Shown: in pieces, positions 40,238-47,729 of the stretch
How the letters are laid out: every line of letters starts with the position of its first letter
Position numbering within the stretch: position 1 is the stretch's first letter
From: a virus
Length of the DNA stretch: 52,108 nucleotides
IMG/VR virus record: IMGVR_UViG_3300034069_000182
Location: 1-52,108 of that record
Reading direction: 5' to 3' (one strand)
Notes under the pieces: generated by a model
Seen by the model: the letters and a program-made list of their open reading frames with translations, nothing else
Told to the model about the DNA's origin: nothing
Databases searched by the model: none
Position numbers and translations under genes: made by a program

Positions 40238-40419
40238 TCGGTTTCCTTCCGGTTGTTGTAACCGGGGGTGTATAGACCCCCGACGTACATTTCGAGATCC
40301 TGCTGACTCCAGTTGGAGAGCAGGGCTTCCTTCTTGTTGGGGTAGAGCTCAGGCGTCACCCACGCTCGGTACATGTCGACGCCGGACATACCGCCGAACT
40401 GGCCGTCGAAGATGTTCAC
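40234..40419 (-). CDS. Hypothetical protein, 61 aa
   Basis: ORF 40234..40608 trimmed to the GTG at 40419 (GTGA overlap). Reads VNIFDGQFGGMSGVDMYRAWV.. Confidence 0.5.
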   Translation of the reverse strand: MNIFDGQFGGMSGVDMYRAWVTPELYPNKKEALLSNWSQQDLEMYVGGLYTPGYNNRKETE

Positions 40420-41207
40420 GCGGCAGCCCCTGACCCTGCGCAGGACGGGATCAGGTGATCCCTGAACCGTCCCGAGCTGATCGGCACTATGTGGTGGCAC
40501 ACCGGGCACGCCCGGCGATGCTTCGGAGCACTGGAGGTCACCTGCTCGGCGGTAGCCAGGTCGAACAGCTCCCGGTACGTCAGACCGTCCTCGCCGGCTG
40601 ACTTCCACCCGTCGTCAGCGAGACGAGTAGCCATCTCCCCGACAGGGTCACCCGGGCCGTTGTGCGACCGGATCGAGTCCGGGAACACCTTGGACCGTGA
40701 GCCTGGCCCGTCGTGGTCATCGGTCTGCTTGATGACCTTGTGGACCTCTTCGAGCACCGCGCGGTGAGCATTCTTCAGCCGGTCCTTGGCGGCCTGGTCC
40801 CGCAGAACCACCCCGTCGATGTACCTGACCTTGAGCGCTTCCGCGTACGGCGGGTGACGATCCACGAGCTGGGAAACAGCCTGAGGAATCACCTCCATCA
40901 GGTACACGTTGTCCGATCGGCCTTTGAGCGCGTCTTTGATCGACTCCGACGAGTAGTCCCAGTCACCCCGGGCTAGGTCGTCCGCGAACGCGGACTCGCT
41001 CAGGATCTGATACGCGTGACGGCGCAGGAACGAGATAGCCTCGCCCTCCGACGGCTGCGTAGCCGCGGTCATCCGCGACGACTTCTCCAGAACAGCGACC
41101 CACAGGTCCCCGGTCAGGTCTTCCAGCTGATCGGCTGTCAGAGACCACTCCACCCCTGCGGACTTCGCACCTCGTCTGAGGCGCTTGTCCAGGAGAGAGT
41201 CATCCAT
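40416..41207 (-). CDS. Hypothetical protein, 263 aa, with a C-terminal Cys/His cluster
   Basis: ORF track. Contains ACPVCHH..DHLIPSC. Confidence 0.65.
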   Translation of the reverse strand: MDDSLLDKRLRRGAKSAGVEWSLTADQLEDLTGDLWVAVLEKSSRMTAATQPSEGEAISFLRRHAYQILSESAFADDLARGDWDYSSESIKDALKGRSDNVYLMEVIPQAVSQLVDRHPPYAEALKVRYIDGVVLRDQAAKDRLKNAHRAVLEEVHKVIKQTDDHDGPGSRSKVFPDSIRSHNGPGDPVGEMATRLADDGWKSAGEDGLTYRELFDLATAEQVTSSAPKHRRACPVCHHIVPISSGRFRDHLIPSCAGSGAAA

Positions 41208-41334
41208 TCACCGGCTCCAGACTGCGCTTGGCGTAGGTCTCCTCGACCAGAACCTCGATCAGCTCGACCCGGGGAATCTCCCGGGACCGGGCTTCGAAGT
41301 GCAGGTACGGCAGAACGTTCCCGTTACGTGTCAA
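41200..41334 (-). CDS. Hypothetical protein, ~44 aa (start uncertain; TTG inside a stoperator)
   Basis: The frame of ORF 41200..41415 runs through the stoperator. The only start after the upstream stop is the TTG at 41334. Confidence 0.35.
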   Translation of the reverse strand: MTRNGNVLPYLHFEARSREIPRVELIEVLVEETYAKRSLEPVNG

Positions 41335-41335
41335 G
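41323..41335 (-). promoter_or_regulatory. Stoperator 13-mer (exact)
   Basis: GTTACGTGTCAAG, 9 nt after the stop of 41345..42112. Confidence 0.85.
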
Positions 41336-41344
41336 GCCACGGCG

Positions 41345-42112
41345 TCAGACTTCCCAGACCTGGCCGTCAACGGTGAACTTGCCTCCCAGGATCGGGACGA
41401 TCTCAGCCTTGACATGCTTGCCGTCGACCGTGAGCATCCCGAAGCCCATCTGCCAGTTCCCAGCTCCGCCCTTTAGATAGTTGGCCTTCTTCATGTCCAT
41501 CAGGTGCCCGACTTCCATGCCGGTGACGGTCTTGCGGACTGAGCCGCCGTACCCGAACGAGTGCGAGACGACAGCCTGCCGGTGCGTGTGGCCGCAGACC
41601 ACGGACTTGCCGAACTTCTTGGCGCCGTTGAGCGCTGTCGATCCGGCGATCTGGGATAGCGTCATCTTGCCCATGTGCCCGTGAGTGGAGATCCATCCCG
41701 GAGCGATGTCGTAGAAGTCAGGCAGCAGCTCCACACCGAACCCGTCGAAGTCGAGCAGCACGTCGATATCGAAAGCGTGCGTACCCTCCAGGGCCGGTGC
41801 GTTCTTGGCCAGGTACTCGCGGGCTCGCAGATCGTGGTTGCCCTCGTGCATCCCGATCCAGCCGTCGTAGACCTTGCGCAGTGGCTCCATCAGGTTCTTC
41901 TTGGCGTAGTCTGCGTCGCGGTACACCGAACCCTCGAACTCGCCCTTGGTCCCTCGATTCCAGCGCGAGGGCTGCGGCAGGTCTAGGACGTCACCGATAT
42001 GTACCACGCCGTACGGCTGGACATCCCCGATGAAGCGGATGACCGCTTGCATCTCTTTGCGCGCCTCGAAAGGCAACTGAGTGTCGGGTAGAAAGACGAT
42101 TCGTTTAGTCAT
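41345..42112 (-). CDS. Calcineurin-like metallophosphoesterase; candidate recombination directionality factor (Bxb1 gp47-type)
   Basis: ORF track, 255 aa. Motifs GDVLD, GNHD and GHTH. Size and family match what I recall for the Bxb1 RDF. Confidence 0.7.
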   Translation of the reverse strand: MTKRIVFLPDTQLPFEARKEMQAVIRFIGDVQPYGVVHIGDVLDLPQPSRWNRGTKGEFEGSVYRDADYAKKNLMEPLRKVYDGWIGMHEGNHDLRAREYLAKNAPALEGTHAFDIDVLLDFDGFGVELLPDFYDIAPGWISTHGHMGKMTLSQIAGSTALNGAKKFGKSVVCGHTHRQAVVSHSFGYGGSVRKTVTGMEVGHLMDMKKANYLKGGAGNWQMGFGMLTVDGKHVKAEIVPILGGKFTVDGQVWEV

Positions 42113-42288
42113 TTGGTTCCCTTCTCTGCGAGGAGGGATAGCTCCGCGCGTACTGATCGGTAGACGTCGTCCAGCGCGTTGATCGCGTTGGTGACAGATG
42201 TGTAGGTGACGGTGTCGAGGTCGATGTGTAAGGACATACCGCTCTGAGGGGTTTCGACCTCGCGGTAGATCTCGTGGTAGTCGCTCAC
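42109..42288 (-). CDS. Hypothetical protein, 59 aa
   Basis: ORF 42109..42315 trimmed to the GTG at 42288 (GTGA overlap). Confidence 0.5.
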   Translation of the reverse strand: MSDYHEIYREVETPQSGMSLHIDLDTVTYTSVTNAINALDDVYRSVRAELSLLAEKGTK

Positions 42289-42851
42289 TCGACGACCTCC
42301 GTGAACGGAGCCCATTCGTTCACGAACTCCGCTCTAAACACGCTTATCGCGCGCCGCGAGCATTGCCGGTTCCCGAACCTGTCGATTACGTCGACACCAT
42401 CCGGCACGTGCCGGATGTCGTTCCACACCCTCGGCTCGTCCAGATCCACGAGAGCGTCCTCGTCTTCGCCGTCCGCGTACGTGATGTCGTTGAGCGCATC
42501 CACCCACGACAGCGAGTCGTGCTCTTCGTTACGAATCAAGTCGTCGGGCAGCGGAAGATCGAACATAGCGAGCCGGTCGTCCTCCTCTACCGGCTCCTCG
42601 TAGATCCGCTCGACGCAGCCGGCGTAACCCGCGATGTCGGTATAAGAGTCCCGGTGGTACCCCGTACCCTTCACCCGGGCCACCTTGACCAGGATCATCA
42701 GGTTCGCGACGTCCAGGTCAGTAATCGGACGCTCCAGGTACGCGGAGAACAACGCGGAGATGTCGGCGAAGTTCTCCCGGGGGTGCCCGTAGTTCTTGTT
42801 GCGAGGTCCGTGGATCAGGCGCTGCGCCTCTTCCAGGATGCTTTCTGTCAT
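42285..42851 (-). CDS. Hypothetical two-part protein, 188 aa, with an in-frame internal stoperator
   Basis: ORF track. The N-terminal GPRNKNYGHPRENFADIS..VKVAR is a conserved-looking phage domain. The stoperator is read as LIRN at the domain junction. Confidence 0.6.
   Translation of the reverse strand: MTESILEEAQRLIHGPRNKNYGHPRENFADISALFSAYLERPITDLDVANLMILVKVARVKGTGYHRDSYTDIAGYAGCVERIYEEPVEEDDRLAMFDLPLPDDLIRNEEHDSLSWVDALNDITYADGEDEDALVDLDEPRVWNDIRHVPDGVDVIDRFGNRQCSRRAISVFRAEFVNEWAPFTEVVE
42528..42540 (-). promoter_or_regulatory. Stoperator 13-mer (variant) inside a coding region
   Basis: GTTACGAATCAAG, translated as L-I-R-N. Confidence 0.65.
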
Positions 42852-43369
42852 ATCCCTACCTTGTCTTTCAGTGCTTGTACTCCCTGGCTGAGCACCAGGT
42901 CGTTGACATCCGAGCCATCGGGCATCGGGATGATCTTGGCGTTGGGCAGAACACCCGCCACCGTCTCGGCGAACTGCATCCCCGCGTCGTCACCGTCCGC
43001 GAGTATCAACACCTCTCGGTACCCGAGGAATGGTTCGCGGAAGTGCTCTTTCCACGCCTGCGCTCCGGGGACCCCGACCGTGGGGAACCCCGCGACAGAC
43101 GCTGTCAACGCATCGATCTCGCCCTCCGCGATCCCGATACGCTGAGCCGGCTGCAGCAGCGCCAGCGTGTTGTACAGCCGCCCGGTGTCACCTGGGACGG
43201 TCAGGTACTTCGCCTTGCCCTCGGCGGCGTCTAGGCGACGAAACCTCAGCGAGACCACCTGCCACCGCTCGTCCGGAGCCCATCGCAGGTAAGGGATAGC
43301 GAGCATCCCTTTGTACATCTCGTGACCGGGCAGCGGCTCTTCCACGTACCCGAGGCGAAACTGCGTCAC
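42848..43369 (-). CDS. DNA primase, TOPRIM-containing C-terminal part (frame open upstream to 43507)
   Basis: ORF track, 173 aa. Contains IAEGEIDALT..VLILADGDDAG. Upstream in the same frame, SYLLQASQRYHKALAGSAAEEYLATRGL is primase-like but has no canonical start. Confidence 0.7.
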   Translation of the reverse strand: MTQFRLGYVEEPLPGHEMYKGMLAIPYLRWAPDERWQVVSLRFRRLDAAEGKAKYLTVPGDTGRLYNTLALLQPAQRIGIAEGEIDALTASVAGFPTVGVPGAQAWKEHFREPFLGYREVLILADGDDAGMQFAETVAGVLPNAKIIPMPDGSDVNDLVLSQGVQALKDKVGI

Positions 43370-43730
43370 CGCCTCTGCGATAGCCGGCGCGGTCAGCCCG
43401 CGGGTTGCCAGATACTCCTCGGCCGCGGACCCAGCCAGCGCTTTGTGATAACGCTGCGACGCCTGAAGGAGATAGCTCTTGTGCTCTTTCGACTGCTGTT
43501 TGATAGTTCACCTCCTCGTAAGTCATCAGCAACGTGATCGCGTTGCCCCGCGCCGAACAAGCGAGGCAGTTGAAAGCGTTCAGCTGGTACGACACCGCGG
43601 CAGACGGCCGCGACTCCTCGTGGTGCCAGCAGAGGCAGGGAATCCACACCCGGCCCGTGTCCTCGGGCGGTACCCAGTCAGGTGCCAGCCGCTCGATGAC
43701 CTTCGCGATCAGCGTTTGTGAAGGTTCCAC
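43188..43730 (-). CDS. DNA primase, N-terminal zinc-finger part (meaningful only to about 43470)
   Basis: ORF track. Contains CLCWHHEESRPSAAV..FNCLACSARGNAITLLM (CHC2-type finger). The rest of the ORF is Arg/Gly-rich overlap with the other frame. Confidence 0.6.
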   Translation of the reverse strand: MEPSQTLIAKVIERLAPDWVPPEDTGRVWIPCLCWHHEESRPSAAVSYQLNAFNCLACSARGNAITLLMTYEEVNYQTAVERAQELSPSGVAALSQSAGWVRGRGVSGNPRADRAGYRRGGDAVSPRVRGRAAARSRDVQRDARYPLPAMGSGRAVAGGLAEVSSPRRRRGQGEVPDRPR

Positions 43731-43873
43731 CGGAAGACCTCGTACACTTCGATACCCTCGTGGTACGGGAACTGCTGCTTGAGCGCGTCGTCTAGGAACT
43801 CGTAGACGTCCTCGGTGTCGGTGGTCGGATCGACCTTGACGAACGCCTCGATCTTCATCCAGCCCTGGCTCAT
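43709..43873 (-). CDS. Hypothetical protein, 54 aa
   Basis: ORF 43709..43981 trimmed to the ATG at 43873. Reads MSQGWMKIEAFVKVDPTTDTEDVYEF.. Confidence 0.55.
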   Translation of the reverse strand: MSQGWMKIEAFVKVDPTTDTEDVYEFLDDALKQQFPYHEGIEVYEVFRWNLHKR

Positions 43874-44010
43874 CAGAGCGTCGCCTCCGCCGCTTCGACC
43901 AGTCCTTTCACGAGACGGATAATCTCGTCGGCGGCGTACAGGTGGACCGTGAGCGGTACGTCCTCGACCTCGTAGAGCCACTGCTTGGCTGCGGCTACGG
44001 CATCGATCAC
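43873..44010 (-). CDS. Hypothetical protein, 45 aa (below ORF-track cutoff)
   Basis: GTG start in a GTGA overlap. Reads VIDAVAAAKQWLYEVEDVPLTVHLYAADEIIRLVKGLVEAAEATL. Confidence 0.45.
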   Translation of the reverse strand: MIDAVAAAKQWLYEVEDVPLTVHLYAADEIIRLVKGLVEAAEATL

Positions 44011-44141
44011 TTACCCCACCTCCGAGCGGCGCGGTCCACGGAGTGCTCTGAGACGTTCCGGGCCAGCGCGTACTTACGCGGGTCCAGCAGAGCCCCCAGC
44101 AGCTGCTGACGGAGCAGGTTCGGGCGTGCAGTCGGTTTCAT
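44007..44141 (-). CDS. Hypothetical protein, 44 aa (below ORF-track cutoff)
   Basis: ATGA overlap with the endonuclease VII stop. Reads MKPTARPNLLRQQLLGALLDPRKYALARNVSEHSVDRAARRWGK. Confidence 0.45.
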   Translation of the reverse strand: MKPTARPNLLRQQLLGALLDPRKYALARNVSEHSVDRAARRWGK

Positions 44142-44614
44142 CGTTTCTTCCTTCCTTGGTTACGATTCAAGTTCGGGACCTCGATAGGAGCGATCCGTTT
44201 CCCGATCACCGCGAACGCGGGCGGGTTCTCCAGGTAGTCGATGCCACGCTGGAGAGCTTCGGGGTCGTCACCGAGGTGACCGAGTACGTTGCGGTTACAG
44301 GGCGTATCCAGCAGCCCGCGAACGTGCCCGGTTCGGTGGTCGTGGTCGACGGCCAGCTTCTTCCGCAGGCCTCGGCCTTTGCGGCAGATGTAGCACCTGC
44401 CACCTTGAGCCTCGTATATCCGCCAATACTCATCGGCGGTGATGTCGTAGAGCTCCAGAAGACGCTTCTCCCACGCCGTATCCTTTCGGACGGTTCGCTT
44501 TTCGCGATGGTGAGTTGCGCATCGAGGTCCCGGGTGAGGGGCGGCTCGGCGGGTTGTGATCCCGGCCGCTGCGCAGTCGACGCAGCGCCGGGGCTTAGGC
44601 TTAGCCGCCGCCAT
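44138..44614 (-). CDS. Endonuclease VII (Holliday-junction resolvase type)
   Basis: ORF track, 158 aa. Contains CYIC..LAVDHDHRTGHVRGLLDTPCN. Confidence 0.8.
   Translation of the reverse strand: MAAAKPKPRRCVDCAAAGITTRRAAPHPGPRCATHHREKRTVRKDTAWEKRLLELYDITADEYWRIYEAQGGRCYICRKGRGLRKKLAVDHDHRTGHVRGLLDTPCNRNVLGHLGDDPEALQRGIDYLENPPAFAVIGKRIAPIEVPNLNRNQGRKKR
44159..44171 (-). promoter_or_regulatory. Stoperator 13-mer (variant) inside the 3' end of the endonuclease VII gene
   Basis: GTTACGATTCAAG, translated as L-N-R-N. Confidence 0.7.
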
Positions 44615-44687
44615 CCAACCACCCGACCAACCACAGACCTGCGCCCCACGCGATGATCGAGTACGCGATCAGCTGCTCGATGCTCAT
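44601..44687 (-). CDS. Small hydrophobic peptide, 28 aa
   Basis: ATGA overlap. Reads MSIEQLIAYSIIAWGAGLWLVGWLDGGG. Confidence 0.35.
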   Translation of the reverse strand: MSIEQLIAYSIIAWGAGLWLVGWLDGGG

Positions 44688-44860
44688 GCCTCGCTCCATC
44701 CCGACACCCAGCGGGCCTCGTGGTTGGGTTCAGACTGCACAACCGACCCGACAACAGGGTGGTTGAACTTTTGGCAGGCGCATTCGCCGCCGCGGCAGCA
44801 CTCACAAGAATCAAAGAAACAGCTGGTGCATACGTCTTTGGTGGAGTACCGAGGAATCAT
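44684..44860 (-). CDS. Cys-rich small protein, 58 aa
   Basis: ORF 44684..44971 trimmed to the ATG at 44860 (ATGA overlap). Reads MIPRYSTKDVCTSCFFDSCECCRGGECACQKF.. Confidence 0.5.
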   Translation of the reverse strand: MIPRYSTKDVCTSCFFDSCECCRGGECACQKFNHPVVGSVVQSEPNHEARWVSGWSEA

Positions 44861-45261
44861 CGGGCCACAACCGCAGCAGCAGCAGCGAGAAGGGCGGCGG
44901 CATAACCACGCGCCCGTTCGGGAGACATCATCTCGCCATCCGGGGATGCGATAACCTCGGGGTCCGGCCACGCGCTCACGGGATCTTCATTGAACCCAGT
45001 AGGCCACGCGCCCAAGCAGTGGGAGTGCCATTCGCTTAGCGGATTACACGGTTCGGGTAGCTGGATTACCGCCACACCCGGAAGAGACAAGAGAGCGTCA
45101 ACAACATGGGCAGCGTGCGCCTTGGCGATCCGCTCATCCTCGCCGCAGAAGTACGTACGTTCTTCTGGCCAATTCCAGCCGCATCCGCAGCCGAGAAAAT
45201 CTCCGCGCCACCGATGCAGCGCCTGGGCTTCTGTGAGTACAGCACGCAACTCAGGGTTCAC
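44857..45261 (-). CDS. Hypothetical protein, 134 aa
   Basis: ORF 44857..45471 trimmed to the GTG at 45261 (GTGA overlap with the NrdH stop). Its N-terminus is shared with 409..642. Confidence 0.6.
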   Translation of the reverse strand: MNPELRAVLTEAQALHRWRGDFLGCGCGWNWPEERTYFCGEDERIAKAHAAHVVDALLSLPGVAVIQLPEPCNPLSEWHSHCLGAWPTGFNEDPVSAWPDPEVIASPDGEMMSPERARGYAAALLAAAAAVVAR

Positions 45262-45533
45262 TTCTTCACTCCTTTGATCAGCTCCCGGATCTTGTCGGCC
45301 CGGAAGTCGTCCCACCACGCGCCGGTGCTGGCGACGTGAACCACCGGAGCGGTCTCGTAGCCTTTCTGCTTCACCAGCTTCAGAGCCGAGGGGTCCTTGT
45401 CCAGCCGGACCTCGCGGTACTCCACACCGCCTCGGGTCAACGCGTTCTTGGTGAGCGTGCACTTGAAACAATCAGGACCGGTGGTGAACACCGTGACGTC
45501 CTGTTTCTCGTTACGAATCAAGTTATCGGGCAT
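45258..45533 (-). CDS. nrdH: NrdH-like glutaredoxin
   Basis: ORF track. Contains VTVFTTGPDCFKC..TKNAL..GV.Y (CxxC redoxin fold). The ATG at 45533 overlaps the upstream stop. Confidence 0.7.
   Translation of the reverse strand: MPDNLIRNEKQDVTVFTTGPDCFKCTLTKNALTRGGVEYREVRLDKDPSALKLVKQKGYETAPVVHVASTGAWWDDFRADKIRELIKGVKK
45510..45522 (-). promoter_or_regulatory. Stoperator 13-mer (variant) within the first codons of nrdH
   Basis: GTTACGAATCAAG, translated as L-I-R-N. Confidence 0.7.
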
Positions 45534-46354
45534 CAAAAATCCTTAATCTCCATCTTCGAGCCGTCGAACTTCAGCTCGGCGTACAGCCGGCCCGATGGAT
45601 CGGCTCTTCCTGACCTATTTTTGACCACCGACACCCTCAGCGTGTCCCCGCCGAACGTCGACGGGACTCGGTGCAAGGTGGTTACAAGCTCGGGTACGCG
45701 ACCAATCTGCCCCTTGATCCCCGACAGCGGGATCGGCTTGTCACCGGAGTTGTTGTCAGCGGTGACGTGGTGCAGACCGATGATGCACGCGCCGGTCTCC
45801 CGGGCTTTCTCGTGCAGCCAGTCCATCAGGACTTCCAGACCACCGAACGGGTCCTCGTCGTTCGCGGCTACTCCGGTGATGACGTTCGTGATGTTGTCGA
45901 TCACGATCAGCTGCGGGTAGTTCCCGAACGTCTCCTCGTACGCGGCTAGCGAGGTCTCGATGACCTTGAGCGTCGGCTGCGCCGAGTAGTTCAGCCGGAT
46001 AGGGATACCGTGCGGGTTCCCCGGGGCCGCGTTCCACGTCAGCACCTGCGGAGGCAACTGACCTTCGCGTACCGCCCGAGCGGACTCAGCCAGCGGCATC
46101 CCGAGCTCCATCGAGAGGATGCGAGTCGACTGCGTGAACGCGTCCGAGTCAGCCGAGAGGTAGTACGTCGGGATACGGCCTTTGAGCGCTAGAGCGAGCG
46201 TGAACGCCGACTTAGCCCCTCCGGGTGCTGCCGCGATCAGCGCCAGCTGCCCTCGCAGGAAGTTGATGCCCTGCTTGGTCAGCGACCGGAACGGTACAGG
46301 CAGAGGGTCACCCGCGTTCCCTTTCTGCTCGATCGATTGCATGATCGACAGCAT
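45533..46354 (-). CDS. DnaB-like / RecA-fold replicative helicase
   Basis: ORF 45533..46423 trimmed to the ATG at 46354. Walker A is APGGAKS and Walker B is LIVIDNI. 273 aa. Confidence 0.75.
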   Translation of the reverse strand: MLSIMQSIEQKGNAGDPLPVPFRSLTKQGINFLRGQLALIAAAPGGAKSAFTLALALKGRIPTYYLSADSDAFTQSTRILSMELGMPLAESARAVREGQLPPQVLTWNAAPGNPHGIPIRLNYSAQPTLKVIETSLAAYEETFGNYPQLIVIDNITNVITGVAANDEDPFGGLEVLMDWLHEKARETGACIIGLHHVTADNNSGDKPIPLSGIKGQIGRVPELVTTLHRVPSTFGGDTLRVSVVKNRSGRADPSGRLYAELKFDGSKMEIKDF

Positions 46355-46355
46355 T

Positions 46356-46565
46356 TCAGCCCTGCTCCTCGTACTGTTCCTTCGTGATCTCCACGGCGTG
46401 CGGAAAGAACTGGGAGAACTCATCCCCGTACAGGTCGCCCATGTCGGTGCTCGCGGCCGAGTTCATCGCCACCGTTGTCACATCGCCCGGATGCGGCCAG
46501 TCCTTCGCCTCCGACACGATCCAGTACGGGTACATCATCCCCGGGACGCGGTAGTACCTCGTCAT
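46356..46565 (-). CDS. Hypothetical protein, 69 aa
   Basis: ORF 46356..46616 trimmed to the ATG at 46565 (ATGA overlap). Confidence 0.55.
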   Translation of the reverse strand: MTRYYRVPGMMYPYWIVSEAKDWPHPGDVTTVAMNSAASTDMGDLYGDEFSQFFPHAVEITKEQYEEQG

Positions 46566-46729
46566 TCGAACCTCTCCCTTCCGTCTAGCGAGTGGTGCGT
46601 GATCACCCAGCCGCACGCGCCGTCAGCGTCGAACACCGGCTCTATCTCCGGGCCACACACGCAGTCGTCACCGACGTCTTCGTGCTCGATCAGGTCGTCG
46701 ACCGGGATCACGTGTACTGTCTGCGGCAT
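46562..46729 (-). CDS. Hypothetical protein, 55 aa (below ORF-track cutoff)
   Basis: Reads MPQTVHVIPVDDLIEHEDVGDDCVCGPEIEPVFDADGACGWVITHHSLDGRERFE. Confidence 0.5.
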   Translation of the reverse strand: MPQTVHVIPVDDLIEHEDVGDDCVCGPEIEPVFDADGACGWVITHHSLDGRERFE

Positions 46730-46902
46730 CAGCCCTCCCTGAGTGCTTTGACGATCTCCCGCATCTGATGCTCAGCTTGCTGCCCGAACTCAACGCTGGC
46801 GTTGCACGTACAGCCGTCGACTCCCCAGGAGTACTCGGCAGGCTGGTGCTCCTCCAGTACCCGGAGAGCTGTGATGTACTGAACCGCGGTCAGATCCTTC
46901 AC
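46729..46902 (-). CDS. Hypothetical protein, 57 aa (below ORF-track cutoff)
   Basis: GTG start in a GTGA overlap. Reads VKDLTAVQYITALRVLEEHQPAEYSWGVDGCTCNASVEFGQQAEHQMREIVKALREG. Confidence 0.5.
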   Translation of the reverse strand: MKDLTAVQYITALRVLEEHQPAEYSWGVDGCTCNASVEFGQQAEHQMREIVKALREG

Positions 46903-47192
46903 TTCGTACCTCTCGCTATGAACCCGTTGTAGATCGTGCGGCCTTCCTGTTTGGCCTTGACTTCTTCAGCCCAGACTTTGTCGGTAGCTTTGATCAGCGC
47001 CGACTCGGTCGTACCGAGGAACTTCACCAGCGGAGGACCGAGAAGACCCCGGCGGGCGGCGCGCAGCACCCCGCCGAGTTCGTGAACCGCTCTCTTGTCT
47101 TCCAGCTCGACGTCCAAGAGGTTCCCCGGGCCTGGCCGTTTGGTCACGGTCGCTTTCAGCGCCGGATCAGCAAGAGTCCATCGTTCGGTCAC
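46899..47192 (-). CDS. Hypothetical protein, 97 aa
   Basis: ORF 46899..47219 trimmed to the GTG at 47192 (GTGA overlap). Confidence 0.55.
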   Translation of the reverse strand: MTERWTLADPALKATVTKRPGPGNLLDVELEDKRAVHELGGVLRAARRGLLGPPLVKFLGTTESALIKATDKVWAEEVKAKQEGRTIYNGFIARGTK

Positions 47193-47386
47193 GGGCGAAA
47201 CACCTCTTGCTCGCCCCACGGGAGGTCATCCCCTCCCCATCTAACCTCGACTTCCGTGTCTTTGCGGTCCACGAAGATCAGATGCCACCCGCCATCGTTT
47301 TTGATGTATACGTTGATGCAGCCTTGTCTGCTCGTCACCCGAACTGTTCCGAACGGCGCTGCTTTCAATTCCTCGTTACTAGTCAA
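47189..47386 (-). CDS. Hypothetical protein, 65 aa (TTG start inside a stoperator)
   Basis: ORF track. Confidence 0.5.
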   Translation of the reverse strand: MTSNEELKAAPFGTVRVTSRQGCINVYIKNDGGWHLIFVDRKDTEVEVRWGGDDLPWGEQEVFRP

Positions 47387-47387
47387 G
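47375..47387 (-). promoter_or_regulatory. Stoperator 13-mer (1 mismatch)
   Basis: GTTACTAGTCAAG. Confidence 0.55.
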
Positions 47388-47389
47388 TC

Positions 47390-47572
47390 TCATCCCTTCC
47401 TGTGATACCGAGCAGCAGATGCGACGCTGAACAACGGCGTCGGCTTACCCCACTTCGGCGAGTAGTCCCCGACCGCGGCAAGCCCTTGCTTGCGCCAGCG
47501 TCGGACGGTGTCTGTATCGACCCCGAACAGCTCGGTCAGCTGCTCCTCGGTCGCTAGTGATGGATTGCTCAT
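47390..47572 (-). CDS. Helix-turn-helix DNA-binding protein, 60 aa
   Basis: ORF track. EEQLTELFGVDTDTVRRWRKQG is an HTH motif (MerR/excisionase-like). SD is GAGGAG. Confidence 0.65.
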   Translation of the reverse strand: MSNPSLATEEQLTELFGVDTDTVRRWRKQGLAAVGDYSPKWGKPTPLFSVASAARYHRKG

Positions 47573-47580
47573 ATCTCCTC

Positions 47581-47593
47581 GTTACGTGTCAAG
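47581..47593 (-). promoter_or_regulatory. Stoperator 13-mer (exact)
   Basis: GTTACGTGTCAAG, 8 nt upstream of the ATG at 47572. Confidence 0.85.
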
Positions 47594-47714
47594 TTAGAGG
47601 CCCGTTATCGGTGGAGCCCATACCGTGGAGGTGAGAGAATGGCTAGTTCTCGATCATTCACTCCCCCCGGACACCCGGTGTTGGCGCACCGTGCCGATGG
47701 CGTCCGGAAGCTTG

Positions 47715-47727
47715 GTTACGTGTCAAG
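47715..47727 (-). promoter_or_regulatory. Stoperator 13-mer (exact)
   Basis: GTTACGTGTCAAG, 2 nt after the Cas4-family gene stop. Confidence 0.85.
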
Positions 47728-47729
47728 TT

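Noticed and set aside
40416-41207. Sigma-factor-like reading of the 263-aa protein
   Set aside because: The resemblance to sigma regions 2 and 4 is only vague by eye. There is no clear HTH and I cannot support it without a profile search.
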